Shown: positions 27,801 to 38,539 of the stretch, piece after piece
Numbering within the stretch: position 1 is the stretch's first letter
Layout: every line of letters starts with the position of its first letter
Origin: Hypanus sabinus
Lineage: Eukaryota
DNA length: 64,000 nucleotides
NCBI RefSeq assembly: GCF_030144855.1
Contig: NC_082722.1
Coordinates: 57,412,001 to 57,476,000 of the forward strand
Direction of reading: 5' to 3'
Translations under genes and position numbers: made by a program
Notes under the pieces: model-generated
Database searches by the model: none
Seen by the model: only the letters and a program-made list of their open reading frames with translations
What the model was told of the DNA's origin: nothing

Positions 27801-30800
27801 TTAAATTTGAGAAGGAGAAGCTAAAGTCAGGTGTGTCAGTGTTATAGTGGAGTAAATGGAATTACAGAGGCATGAGAGAGGTGTTGGCCAGAACTGATTG
27901 AGAAAGAACACTGGCAGAGATGATAGCAGAGCAGCAATGGCTGAATTTCTGGAAGAAATTCGGAAAGCACAGGACATATACATCCCAAAGAGTAAGATAT
28001 ATTCTAAAAGAAAAATGACACAACTGTGGCTAACAAGAGAAGTTAAAGCCAACATAAAAGCAAAAGAGAGGGCATACAAGAGCGCAAAAATTAGTGGGAA
28101 GTCAGAAGATTGGAAAGCTTTTAAATACCAAAAGAGAACAACTAAAAATGTAATTATTAAGTTAAAGATGGAATACGAAAGTAAGCTAGCCAATAATATT
28201 AAAGAGCATACCAAAAGTTTCTTCAGGAATATAAAGTGCAAAAGAGAGGTGAGAGTGGATATCAGACCTCTGAGAAATGATGCTAGAGAGATAGTAATGG
28301 GGGACAACAAAATGGCAGACAAACTGAATAAGTATTTTGCATCAGTCTTCATTGTGGAAGACACAAGCAGTATGGTGAAAGTTTCAGGTATCAGAGGACA
28401 TGAAGTGTGTGAAGCTACTATTACTAGAGAGAACATTCTTGGGAAACTAAAAGGTCTGAAGGTAGAAAGTCACCTGGACCAGATGGTGTACACCCCCAAG
28501 TTCTGAAAAAGGTGGCTGAAGAGATCTTTCAAGAATCACTAGATTCTGGAATGGTTCTGGAAGACTGGAAAACCGCAAATGTCACTCCACTCTTCAAGAA
28601 GGGAGAGAGTCAGAAGAAAGGAATCTTTAGGCCAGTTAGTCTGACCTCAGTGGTTGGGAAGATGTTGGAGTCAATTATTAAGGATGAAGTCTCAGGATAC
28701 TTGGAGCACATGATAAAATACGCCACAGTCAGGATGATTTCCTCAATGGAAAATCTTGCCTGACAAATATGTTGGAATTCTTTGAAGAAATAACAAGCAG
28801 GATGGACAAAGGGAAATTGGTTAATGTTGTCTACTTGGATTTTCAGAAGGCCTTTGACAAGGTGCCACACATGACGCTACAAGCCCAAGATATTACAGAA
28901 AAGATTCTAGCATGGACAAAGCTGTGGCTGATTTGCAGAAAGTAAAGCGTAGGAATTAAGGGAGCCTTTTCTGGTTGGTTGCTGGTGACTAGTGGTGTTC
29001 CATTGGGGTCTGTTTTTGGACTGATTCTTTTTACATTATATATCAATGAGTTGGATGATGGAATTGATGGCTTTCTTGAAAAGTTTGTGGATGATATGAA
29101 GATAGGTGGAGAGGCAGGTAGTTTTGAGGAAGTGGAGAGGCAACAGAAGGATTTAGACAGATTAGGAGAATGGGCTAACAAATAACAGATGGAGTACAAT
29201 ATGGGGAAGTGTATGGTCATGCACTTTGGTAGATGAGACGGCTGACTATTTTCTAAATGGAGAGAAAATACAAAAATCTGAGGGGTAAAGGGACTTGAGA
29301 GTGCTTGTGCAGGATACCCTGAGGATTAATTTGCAGATTGAGTCAGTTGTGAGAAGGCAAATTCAATGTTAGTATTCATTCCAAGAGGAGCAGAATATAA
29401 ATGCAAGGATGTAATGTTGAAACTTTGTAATCTGGTGAGGTTTCACTTGGAGTATTGTGAGAAGGTTTGAGCCCCTTATCTTAGAAAGGATATGCTGAAA
29501 CTGGAGATTCTTCAAAGGAGGTTCTCAAGAATGATACCACGATTGAATGGCTTGTCATTTGAAGAGCGTTTGATGGCTCTGGGCTCGTATTCAGTGGAAT
29601 TTAGAAGAATGAGGGATGTCCTCATTGAAACCTATTGATTAGTGAAAGGACTTGATAGAGTGGATGTGGAAAGGATGTTTCCTATGATGGAAGAGTCTAA
29701 GACCGGAGGACACAGCCTCAAAATAGAGGGGTGTCCTTTTAGAACTGAGATGAGGAGGAATTTCCTTAGCCATAGTGTGGCGAATCTGTGGAATTATTTG
29801 CTACAGGCAGCTGTGGAGGCCAAGTTTTTATGTATATTTAAGGCAGAGGTTGATAAATTCTTGATTGGTCAGGGCATGAAGGGGTATGGGGAGAAGGCAG
29901 GAGAGTGGGGCTGAGAGAAAAAGCGGGTCAGCCGTGAAAAAAATGGTGGAGCAGACTCAATGGGCCAAATGGCCTAATTCTTTGACTATATCTTATGGTC
30001 TTATGATCATTACATATGTAGGCAACCTTCAGGGAGTAAAATATCCATTCAAATAACAACACAATAACTGGAAACGCTCAGGAGATCAAGTGGCAGCTAT
30101 GGAAAGACAAAAAGAGTCAATGTTTCAAGGGGCAGCATCTATGGAGTGACATCAGCAGTTGACATCTTGGGTCAAGACCCTTCATCAGCTGCAAATATTT
30201 TTGGGTTTACAAAGTATCCATTGACATTCTTTGGGTGTTTGGCTAAATTTGCATAAATTTAGGATGTGAAGTCTATTGCCAATTTTGATACTATTTTCCT
30301 TTAATTTTACTTTAAATGATTTGATTATCAGATGTGGTAATTTAACATCCATCACTGTAATGAGAAATGTAATGAATGTCTGCACTCTTCTACAGACGAA
30401 CCTGATGTTTGGTTGGAGTATGTCTTCTTATAAAACCATATTCGATGCTGCAGAGACAATAGTCAGTCTTCAGTTGGGGATCTTCAACTATGAAGAGGTA
30501 CAGAAATCAAACACTTAAAAATGCCCAATTCCTTGCAGAAGCTGTATTCTACGTTAAACTGCTTTTGAATCTACTTTGATTGATTTTTTTAAAATTCCAT
30601 GCTGCATTACTCTATGACTCTGACTCCATAATAGGATTCATGATTTATAGTGCAGGTGTGGGACAGCTTGTCTACACTTGTCAGCTGTATTTTTCAGAGT
30701 TGGTAAATGTATTCCCTCTGAAATGTGACCCATCCATTATAAATGTTAACATATATATAAAATGAATTAAGAGCAGGAGCAGGCCAATCCAATCCTTCAA

Positions 30801-33800
30801 CCTCTCCACCATATACTAAAATCATGGCTGACTTGATCATCAATCTCAATTCCACATTCCCAGCTAACAGAAGAAACCTTTCACACTTTTGCATTACAAG
30901 AGACTATCTGCGTCTGCCTTAAATATATTCAAAGACGTCTCAATCACTTTATGAGAGAGTTCCAACGATAATTAGTTTCTGAGAGAAGAAAATTTTGCTT
31001 CATAACAATCTTCAGGATTATGCCTTATTTTTTTAAATCAGAGGTTCCTAGTTCAGGTCCTCCCACAGGAGGAAACACTTACATCAGCCTCCTGCAGGTC
31101 CAGGATTGTGCAGCTGTACAACTGCAGGTTTCAAAGCAGCCAATGCCTTTGTCCAAATTTGAATAACTTTTCAATATGGGATCACTGAATCTGCTTAGCT
31201 AGGAAATACAATTCAAGTCAAATTACCACAACGCCATAAACAATAAAAGAAGAATCATGTCTTCTCCACCATTTGATCATAGCTGATTTTCTCTTTCAAC
31301 CCCATTCTCCAGCCTTCTCCCTGTAACCTTTGATACCCTTATTAATTAATAAACTTATCAGCCTCCACTTTGAATGTACCCAATGACAGATCCACAGGCT
31401 CACCACCCTCTGGCTATGGAAATTTTTCATCATTTCTGTTCTGAAGTGATGCGCTTTTATTCTGAGACTGTGCCCTCTGGTCCTAGACTCTCCAACTTCT
31501 GAAAACATCCTTTCCATGTCCACTCTACCCACAGTAGACTTTTCAATATCTTGTGTGTTTCAGTAAGAAGAGGGGAGATTTTGATGAGAAGAAGGGGAGA
31601 GATTTTTTTCACCAGAAAGAGAAATCAATATTCATCCCCCTCCCCTCTTCTATTCTCCACTCTGGCCTCTTACCTCTTCTCATCTATCACTTCCCCTTTG
31701 TTCCCTCCTCCTTCCCCTTCTCCTCTGGTCCACTCTCCTTTCGTATCAAATTCCTTCCTCTCCAGCCCTTTATCTTTCCTACCCACATGACTTCACCTAT
31801 GTATCACCTTCTACCTAGCTTCCTTCCCCTCCCTCACCTTTTAATATTCTGGCATCTTCCCCTTTCCTTTCCAGTCCTTGGCCCAAAATGTCGACTCATT
31901 TCATCATTTCCATATATACTGCCTGACTTGCTGAGTTCTTCCAGCATTTGTGTGCATTGCTAAATATTTAAATGTCTCATTTGGATAATGTTTGGTGTCA
32001 TTTTTTACGCCACAGCTTGTGTAGTGCAAAAGTCAAACTTCCAGAATTACCTTCCAATTTATTCTCTTTGCACTGTAATCCAGATTCTGAACATGAATTA
32101 ATTCCAAAGTGATCCAATCACATTTAAGACTGTGGAAATTGCAATATGGAAGGGTTCATACTGTTGTATTTTTCTATTCACTTATTTATGATGGCAATGA
32201 TATTCTTCAGATCATTCACAAACCAATTTAATTCTTACCTTGTTATGCCTGGGTAATATGTCCCCAGATAGTGTTCCATAGATTCAATTCACACTAATTT
32301 GCAATTTCAGTCATTTTCACAAATAATTCAATTTTTGCAAGAGTTCAATGCATTTACCAAAATAGATTGGTTTAAATGTCCTGCCAGAAGGTTCTGGCAT
32401 GAAATGTTGACTGTACTCTTTTCCTAGATGCTCCCTGGCCTGCTGAGTTCCTCCAGCATTTTCAGTATCTGCAAATTTTCTCTTGTTTGTCACTGGTTTA
32501 AATTTGATTTTGCTTTTGCTTTACTGACCAGGTACTGGACTATAGTCCAATTCTCGGTTCATTTCTGATTGGGTCATGCATCATCTTTATGACATTTGTC
32601 GTGTTGAACCTTTTCATCTCAGTTATACTTGTGGCATTCAGTGAAGAACAAAAGAATTACAAGGTTTGCATAATAATCTTTATTAACTTATTTATTTATA
32701 TATAATTTCATATTCCTTTATGACACAGAAGGAACCATTCTGCCCATTGAGTCTATGCCAACTCACGGAGACATCTAATCAGTTCCATTCTGTGACTTTT
32801 CCTATAACTTTCTCCCTCTCATTCTCTTACCATGTATCAATATGAAATGGAGTTTACAGTGACAAGTTAACCTAACAACCAGGTTGTTTTTGGGAAACCC
32901 ACGTGGGCCCAGGGAAAACATGCAAACTCCACACAGATAGCACCAGAGGTCTAGTGAGGAATCCACATCACTGAAGTTGTGATGCTGGAGTGCTACCTGC
33001 ATTATCATTGTGCTGCCCAATCTGCTCTGTGTATTTTCATGGTATTTTCAATGAACGTTTTAATCATTTCAATTATTCAATAAATAGCTGCTTTGCTTCA
33101 ACATCTGTTTAAACTCATTTGTTTATCCTTGAGTAAGAAACGCTTTTGCACATTTTCTTTCTCTCATGGCTCATCTTTATGAGCAACAAGGCTTCACCCT
33201 TCTTCACATGCAAACTACATTAATTGTCAGTGATCATGAAGTCACAAGAGCTTTAGCAATGAACTGATCAAATTAAAAGATGCAATCTAAATAAGCAGAT
33301 CAGGTCAAAAAACTATTACTTTGACATTACATTTGTGCGTTTGAGTTTGGCTACAGGCTCTATTACTACATTACTGTATATAAGTTGGTTGCACTAATTA
33401 CATTGTGTCTTGCTAAAATTAAACATCATGCGGTCAATGACTCTTCAATTATATAGCACTTTTGCATATGCTGGTGATATTAAACTGGATTCTGATTAAG
33501 TACTTTCCCAGGGCAACCAGTGTTGTATTGTGCATGTAAGAACCTACTCACACGCTGGAAAGTCTTACCCAGTCATGCATGAATGACACAATACTCCATT
33601 TCAATTTTATAATACTGACTGTAGGATAACTCTTATTCCAAACAATGTCACAATATACTGTATATCCACAGTTTAACACCTCATCTGAAAGATGAAATCT
33701 ATCATGTTCCCAGTCCTTCCCTGGAATGTCAGTCAAGATTATTATACTGTATTCTATTCCCTGGAGTCTGACTTGATCCAGTTTTCTTACACTGATAATG

Positions 33801-34064
33801 GGTGTTAAATGAGTTACAATTGACAGCGTGGTGGGGCTACACAATTCTAAAATGGTAGATTTTATAATAGCATGAAAACACAGCTCAAATATGCTAAACC
33901 AAAAATAATGAAACTGATTTTGATACAATATTAATAATATAAGGAATTTTTTACTTATCTTTAAGGCTTCTGAGGAAGAAGAAATAGTTGATCTAATGCT
34001 GACAAAACTGTGCAGTTTCTTGGGGATCAAATCTAAGAAGGATTCCTCACAGCTGGGAGGCTGA
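1383..34064 (+). CDS. PKD1L2: Polycystin-1-like 2, 3' part (13 coding exons: 1383-1611, 2708-2939, 7102-7198, 7828-7971, 9914-10099, 12828-13155, 16423-16556, 21348-21475, 23334-23494, 24388-24598, 30396-30497, 32532-32663, 33966-34064); 5' part lies upstream of the window
   Basis: All introns are GT-AG with compatible phases; spliced length 2183 nt gives an open frame to TGA. Peptides match the polycystin-1 family TM/TOP/channel region ([11 protein letters not shown]..., [51 protein letters not shown]). Gene is adjacent to GCSH as in human. Confidence 0.93.
2569..2647. mobile_element. hAT-Charlie-type MITE
   Basis: TIRs CAGGGGTTCCCAA / TTAGGAACCCCTG; 8-bp flanks cactagag / ctctaggg resemble the NTCTAGAN target. 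Confidence 0.8.
2708..2939 (+). CDS. PKD1L2: PKD1L2 exon ([59 protein letters not shown])
   Basis: ttcacag acceptor, AAG|gtaatg donor; transmembrane segments of the polycystin-1 family. Confidence 0.93.
3055..3915 (+). mobile_element. Rex1/Babar-like LINE 3' end, interrupted at about 3403-3708 by the 3' end of another non-LTR element
   Basis: Encodes [14 protein letters not shown]-type C-terminus; tail aataaatttactttgaa shared with other copies in the window. Confidence 0.65.
4590..4960 (+). mobile_element. RTE-clade LINE 3' fragment (degraded)
   Basis: Remnants DSWESLVHD..., CPICG zinc-finger-like end typical of RTE/BovB ORF C-termini. Confidence 0.55.
4985..5286 (+). mobile_element. CR1 LINE 3' fragment
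   Basis: [10 protein letters not shown]...[16 protein letters not shown]; microsatellite tail tttatgattctatg. Confidence 0.8.
7102..7198 (+). CDS. PKD1L2: PKD1L2 exon ([32 protein letters not shown])
   Basis: tgtttag acceptor, CAG|gtgacc donor; continues [14 protein letters not shown]; phases fit. Confidence 0.9.
7828..7971 (+). CDS. PKD1L2: PKD1L2 exon ([22 protein letters not shown]...[13 protein letters not shown])
   Basis: ttttcag acceptor, G|gtaagc donor. Confidence 0.92.
8985..9063. mobile_element. hAT-Charlie-type MITE, degenerate copy in opposite orientation
   Basis: gccatggaccaataccattaagcaaggggtccat...ttgggaacagctg is the reverse complement of the 2569 copy. Confidence 0.6.
9914..10099 (+). 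CDS. PKD1L2: PKD1L2 exon ([25 protein letters not shown]...NLFGFYP)
   Basis: gttgtag acceptor, CAG|gtgagt donor; TM helix preceding the TOP domain. Confidence 0.94.
12828..13155 (+). CDS. PKD1L2: PKD1L2 exon ([22 protein letters not shown]...[17 protein letters not shown]...DAY)
   Basis: atttcag acceptor, AG|gtaacc donor; polycystin/TOP domain motifs. Confidence 0.95.
14077..14147. mobile_element. hAT-Charlie-type MITE
   Basis: TIRs caggagttcccaa / ttgggaatccctc; 8-bp TSD ctgtatca / atgtatca. Confidence 0.75.
16423..16556 (+). CDS. PKD1L2: PKD1L2 exon ([44 protein letters not shown])
   Basis: tccacag acceptor, G|gtaaga donor; polycystin signature motif. Confidence 0.95.
16885..17090. mobile_element. 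Fold-back Penelope-like terminus
   Basis: Antisense arm ends acccttcatcag and immediately restarts in sense as agggtctcag...aaaacgttaa. Confidence 0.6.
19050..19690 (-). mobile_element. Penelope-like element 3' region (degraded, purine-rich on +)
   Basis: Similar to the minus-strand PLE pieces at 51370-51800 and 59660-60065. Confidence 0.5.
20020..20760 (-). mobile_element. Rex1/Babar-like LINE 3' fragment
   Basis: Minus-strand [17 protein letters not shown]-like RT C-terminus; tail gtttattatcac shared with other copies. Confidence 0.65.
21348..21475 (+). CDS. PKD1L2: PKD1L2 exon ([43 protein letters not shown])
   Basis: tttgcag acceptor, CAG|gtaagt donor. Confidence 0.94.
21716..21747. 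repeat. (TA)n microsatellite inside a LINE tail
   Basis: Direct inspection. Confidence 0.95.
23334..23494 (+). CDS. PKD1L2: PKD1L2 exon ([24 protein letters not shown]...[10 protein letters not shown])
   Basis: ttcccag acceptor, GG|gtacgt donor. Confidence 0.94.
23551..23714. mobile_element. Fold-back Penelope-like mini-insertion
   Basis: Arms acacacaaattgcaggaggaattcagcaggtcaggcagcatctat / atagatgctgcctgacctgctgagttccttcagcattttgtgtgt; tcttgtgt repeated at 23543-23550 and 23707-23714. Confidence 0.75.
24388..24598 (+). CDS. PKD1L2: PKD1L2 exon ([39 protein letters not shown]...FLAYSIA)
   Basis: gttacag acceptor, GCG|gtaaga donor; S4-S5 region of the PKD channel domain. Confidence 0.95.
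24844..24920. repeat. (CT)n microsatellite and pyrimidine tract
   Basis: Direct inspection. Confidence 0.9.
25850..30006 (+). mobile_element. Near full-length, decayed CR1 LINE (ORF1 zinc-finger/esterase; ORF2 APE endonuclease + RT)
   Basis: ORF1 ATG 25960 with CSFC; esterase remnants [14 protein letters not shown] and VHVAAND; ORF2 remnants [56 protein letters not shown]; tail tcttatggtcttatg; many stops and frameshifts. Confidence 0.9.
30396..30497 (+). CDS. PKD1L2: PKD1L2 exon ([34 protein letters not shown], pore loop)
   Basis: tctacag acceptor, GAG|gtacag donor. Confidence 0.94.
31260..31550 (-). mobile_element. CR1 LINE 3' fragment
   Basis: ORF 31296-31532 [11 protein letters not shown]...HSQRVVSLW. 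Confidence 0.8.
31620..31960 (+). mobile_element. Penelope-like element 3' end
   Basis: Pyrimidine-rich UTR ending ccagtcc...ggcccaaaatgtcgact...gcctgacttgctgagttc. Confidence 0.65.
32532..32663 (+). CDS. PKD1L2: PKD1L2 exon ([45 protein letters not shown]6)
   Basis: tgaccag acceptor, AAG|gtttgc donor; final TM helix motif LNLFISVI. Confidence 0.94.
32690..33020 (-). mobile_element. V-SINE (HE1-like)
   Basis: caaactccacacaga / gaaacccacgtgg V-domain motifs in reverse. Confidence 0.6.
33966..34064 (+). CDS. PKD1L2: PKD1L2 last coding exon ([32 protein letters not shown])
   Basis: ctttaag acceptor, TGA at 34062-34064; resembles the mammalian PKD1L2 C-terminus from memory. Confidence 0.9.
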   Translation, partial: ASEEEEIVDLMLTKLCSFLGIKSKKDSSQLGG

Positions 34065-34138
34065 CTGTCGTAAACACCTTCGACTACCATCTAGCAGTTA
34101 ATGTATTTATGTAATTGCATGTAATTTGATTCATATAG

Positions 34139-34232
34139 AATAAACACTATCTATAATATAATGATATATTAATATCCAAAGTAAAATGGCTAAATCTACA
34201 TGTTATTCTCTTACATCAGTGTATTAAATAAA
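34139..34232 (+). terminator. Candidate PKD1L2 polyadenylation signals (AATAAA 34139-34144; ATTAAA/AATAAA 34223-34232)
   Basis: Canonical hexamers 75-170 nt after the stop codon, with T-rich sequence downstream. Confidence 0.55.
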
Positions 34233-34589
34233 GTATAATGAAAAGTACGATAATTTATCAGTGAGTGCTTTTTTATTCCAACATTTTCTTTGCATCACAA
34301 CCTTGTTCGATGTCAAGTTGAATTTATTGTCATATACATAGGTACAGACAGATACAGAACAATGAAAAACTTGTTTGCAACTGCAGCACAGGCACGTAGA
34401 TTCAGAAAATAATTTTCAAAATTCAGTAACAGGTTAGATCAGATTCCTCTTATGATTACAAATATACTCCTGACCCTTTATTGGATCTGAAACCAATTCC
34501 CGGCTGCCACATTCAGAAAACAGATTAAAACTTCTCTTAAATTACAAAATTAAACCAGGTCCATAATGATACAGGAAGCTCAGAGAACT

Positions 34590-35600
34590 TGCATTTATAA
34601 ATCCACCGCAAGTCCACAAATTTTAACAAATGTCTATGCTTCACCTCCTGGTTCCTGTAAGAATTTAATTCTATTCTCCCAATTTCTGTGGTCCTAATCC
34701 TATGCTTCTTGATGAGATGACAGTGAAAGGTCCTTCCTTTTCTTTAACCATGGGTTGGCCTCACTCGGAATTTGCAACATTCTCAAATACATTTCAATTT
34801 GCCATTCTTCTGTTAGCAACCCCCCCCCCCTCCAACTACAGAAAAGGTATTGTTCCCCTTAAGTTCATGTTCAAAGAGATTGGTCCCTCCCACCACTCCT
34901 TGGTTTGCTATTCCACCTCAACAGACACTTCCATTCTCCAGTTTCTCCCTTGAACTGCTGCTGTTGTAATTTCATCCCTTCCCATTAGCCAAAGACCCAA
35001 AAAGTCCTTCTAGATGAAGCCAAATTCATTTGTACTTTTAATTTAGGGCACTGCATTGGGTGCTCAGTGTGGTTTCCCTTATACCAATTGGAAGATTATT
35101 TTACAAAACATCTTCATTCAGTTTTCAACGATGATGCTAAGCTTATAATTTGCTGTTACTTTAATTTTCCAACTCACTCCCACTTTAAACCCTCTATCTC
35201 TGATTAATGATACAGTTCCAAGACCCACATAAACTTGAGGAACATCATGTAATCTGCATCTGGACATGCTATACCCCTTAGGACTCATACTGAATTCAAC
35301 AACTTCAGATAATCAGCCCTTAATGTTGTGTCAGAACTGGCTAGGTTTGATTCAAGGTGATCCACATATTAACTGAGTTTTTCTATCTCCACAAATTCAG
35401 CTTGACATGCTGGGTATTAACTGCATTCTCCTCTACTTCAGACTTTCAGCGACAGCCATGCTCTGCATCTCACAGTTCTATCATGTTTTTTTTTCCTCTC
35501 TAACACATTCACCTTCTCTGTAATAAGTGCTGAAATCATCTAGACAACATTCATCTCTGGTTCTTGCTTCAGATTTCCAGGATTATTTTAAAACCCCATG
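34590..35600 (+). mobile_element. Degraded Penelope-like element (RT thumb to GIY-YIG endonuclease and terminus)
   Basis: Remnants resembling YKPTD.., GPK.SF.V...FTC, YCI.C..CG..Y..., EH motifs at about 34980-35120; PLE-type terminus after 35340. Confidence 0.55.
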
Positions 35601-36784
35601 TCCTGTCATTCCCTCATTTCTTTGAACTCTGCACCAAATGATTCTTCATCCACTGAATTAATTCAACTAAACTCATGGCTTCTTTTCCTTTGAATTCAAA
35701 TTAACTTATTACCTTGAGTCAATTAGTGCGATTATAATCAACACTGAGAAAGACACTTTGGATTGCCTTCTTCAGCATGCCCTGTTCCAGTTCCACCACT
35801 CTCAACCTCTGCTGCTTGGAAAAATCTCACCTCCAATAAAATTTTCACTAACAGCTTTTCTGAACTCTCCTCAGTAACACGTCTCCCAACCTGCTTCTAC
35901 GTTTCACCCTTACAATTACAGCTTTCTTTCCAGGACTGGCCAAACTTCAGGAACTGGAGATCAAATTTTAAGACATTGCTGTGAATTACTAGGAGATAAA
36001 TCAATTCATTACTCATTAAAAATGATTACTAGGAAGCAAAAGTACGGTTGATGATATTTAGGTACTATCCAATCAGGTAACAAGGTCCATTCACTTTCTA
36101 GTTTGTTAAAGAACAATGAGAATGAAAGAGCTGGGAAGCAAACAACAAAAATATTGGGCAAATGGAGACAAGATGATATAATAATGTCTCCATTAATTTG
36201 TCCACAAAAATCAGCAACAATACAGTAACTCTATCTTTGACAATACAAGGTAAAAAGCAATTGGTTGTGGGATATATTTTGAGCAAAGTCCACAAATGGG
36301 ATGAAAATCTCGTCACATCGCAAGCAAAACACATGGAGGTCTCCTCCACGTTATCAGTTTATTTGGCAGAAACACTGAGCACAGCAGGAGCACAGAGTGG
36401 GTGAGGACCTGAGAATCTCCTCGCCTAGTTTTCTGGTGTAACCACTGTCTGATTCCTGAATGGGAAAGCTACCCACTGGACCTGTGGCAATTCATAGTCC
36501 AATCAACGTGCACTATATGCCTACTACTGAATAACAAAAGTTCAATTCATTAGACAAGAGGTAAGTGACCTCACAACCAACAAATCTGATCAGAATTCTG
36601 CAGCTCTGTCACAGTTAGTCATGGGTAGCACTAGACAACTAAATAGCCAATGGAACAAGAAAGATTCAAGAAAATCTGCATCCTCAGGGACAGTGTGGCA
36701 TAGAACTGAGTGCTCATGGAAAGGCTGAAGTTCTCACAAATGCTTTAAGTGGAAGTCCCATCTCAGCTTCCTCCTGATCACAGG

Positions 36785-37792
36785 TAAAGCCCTCTACACA
36801 GAGCGCTGTTGTGTGAAAACAGCATCCATCATCAAAGACCCCCACCACCCAGGAGATGCTCTCTTTTCACTGCTGCCATCAGGAAGAACTCAGGAAGAGC
36901 CTCAGGACTAACACCACCAGGTTCAATAACATCAGGCTCAACCATCAGGCTCTTGAACCAAAGGGGATAACTTCACTTAACCTCATTTGCTCCATCAGTG
37001 AAATGTTCTCACAACCTATGGTCTCACCGCCAAGGACTCTTCATCTCATGTTCTTGTTATTTATTGCTTGCTTGTTTGTTTGTTTATTCATTCATTCATT
37101 GATCTATCAATCATTGATTCTCTTCTTGTTATTATTCTATTGGGGATGGGCGAGTCCTGGGCTGGACACCCTGCTCACTTAAGGAAGGGGAAGTGTCTCC
37201 CATAGCCTCTCCTTTCAAGGTGTAGAGACCACTGTTTGGCTTGCCATGTTGCAGGTCACTTGCATATGGACTTTCCCACACTACTGTGCTCACAGCAAAG
37301 CCTTCACGAGGCGTCCCTATTCTGAGTTTTCTTCGTCACGGTGTAACTGAATGTCCAGTGGTATAACTGGGCAGATAGGCTGGGCTCATCCGCCTTGGTT
37401 AGCAGCCAGCCTAGGAGAAGAACAACTCCAAATCCAAACCCTGGCAGATGGAACTTGTTAGCCTTGCCAGGCAGCCGGTCTGGAAGGAAAACTCCGATAC
37501 TCGGCATTCAGCCTTGCAGTCACTGCAGTAATCACAGCTCACTGTGCCACTGTGGAACTTCATCCAGCCTGAAGATTTGGTCCGCGTTCTCTGATCCTCG
37601 CCATAAACCTAAGCAGCGCAAGCGGGAAGAAAAGTCTTAGAACGATGGAGTTCCCTCATGATCTTCACAAGAACTAGCCATCATCGTCATTGTTCTATCA
37701 TGGGTTTATTGAGTATGCCCGTAAGAAAATGAATCTCATGGTTGTATAAGTGACACATATGTACTTTGGTAATAAATTTACTTTGAACTTTG
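36785..37792 (+). mobile_element. Rex1/Babar-like LINE 3' end split by an insertion at 37141-37688
   Basis: Same sequence as 3170-3915; tail aataaatttactttgaactttga. Confidence 0.7.
37141..37688 (+). mobile_element. About 550-bp non-coding insertion, probably a non-autonomous RTE-related retroposon
   Basis: TSD attattctat (37131-37140) / attgttctat (37689-37698); (CAT)n-like tail; internal ctaggagaag.acaactc motif recalled from RTE 5' UTRs. Confidence 0.5.
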
Positions 37793-37857
37793 ACATCCTC
37801 AGACTCGGAGGGGCCCAGTCCAATTGATGTCAAGATACGGATGAGAGGAAAAGGTGT

Positions 37858-38500
37858 AAGACACACAAAAAGCTGGAGGAACTCAGCAGCCAGTCAGCAA
37901 ATATGGAAAAGAAGAAACAACTGACGTTTCTGGCCAACACCCTTCACCAGGACTGGTGAGTCCTTCCAGCATTTTGTCTGTGTCTGTTGGATTTCCCACA
38001 TCCGCAGATTTTAAAGAGCAAACATGAGGAAATCTGCAGATGCTGGAAATTCAAACAACAACACACACAAAATGCTGGTGGAACACAGCAGGCCAGGCAG
38101 CATCGATAGGGAGAAGCGATGTCGTCGTCTTGGGCCGAGACCCTTCGTCAGACCCTGCCAGCATTTTGGGTGTGTTGTTATCCACAGATTTTCTGGTTTG
38201 TGAGAGGGCCAGATAACATCTGGGCGTTAGTACTGAAAACTTGCTCTCCATAATTATTGAAAAGCCTTTAACTGCAGGTGCTGTCGTTCTGGAAATAACA
38301 ACAGAAAATGTCGGAAATGCTCAGCAGGTCAGGGAGCATCTGTGGGATGAGACTACAGATACTGAAAGCTGGAGCATTAACCTGCTGGAGGAGCTCCACA
38401 ATCCAGCTGCAACTACAGGGGTAAATGTCGACAAATCCCAAAACACACCTGAACACAGATGCTGCTTGACCCACTGAGTTCCTCCAGCAGATTGCCAGTT
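37858..38500. mobile_element. Cluster of three fold-back Penelope-like termini, one nested in another
   Basis: Repeated aaatgctggaggaactcagcagg arms and inverse ccagcattttgtgtgt arms; TSD atccgcagatttt / atccacagatttt. Confidence 0.75.
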
Positions 38501-38539
38501 GTTAACGTTCCAAATTAATTATATAAATTGCCATTCCTG

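Noticed and set aside
27801-29220. Long minus-strand ORFs (211, 86, 125 aa)
   Set aside because: Antisense frames of CR1 ORF2, a well-known artefact
34062-34073. PKD1L2 TGA-CTG context as readthrough or selenocysteine
   Set aside because: Not the TGA-CTAG motif, a TAA follows two codons later, and no SECIS-like stem was seen
33548-34090. 180-aa minus-strand ORF
   Set aside because: Antisense shadow of the PKD1L2 last exon plus SINE-derived intron; no recognisable domain and a non-ATG start
37858-38500. Repeated units resembling a CRISPR-like array
   Set aside because: Eukaryotic DNA; units are inverted and nested retroelement termini with no regular spacers
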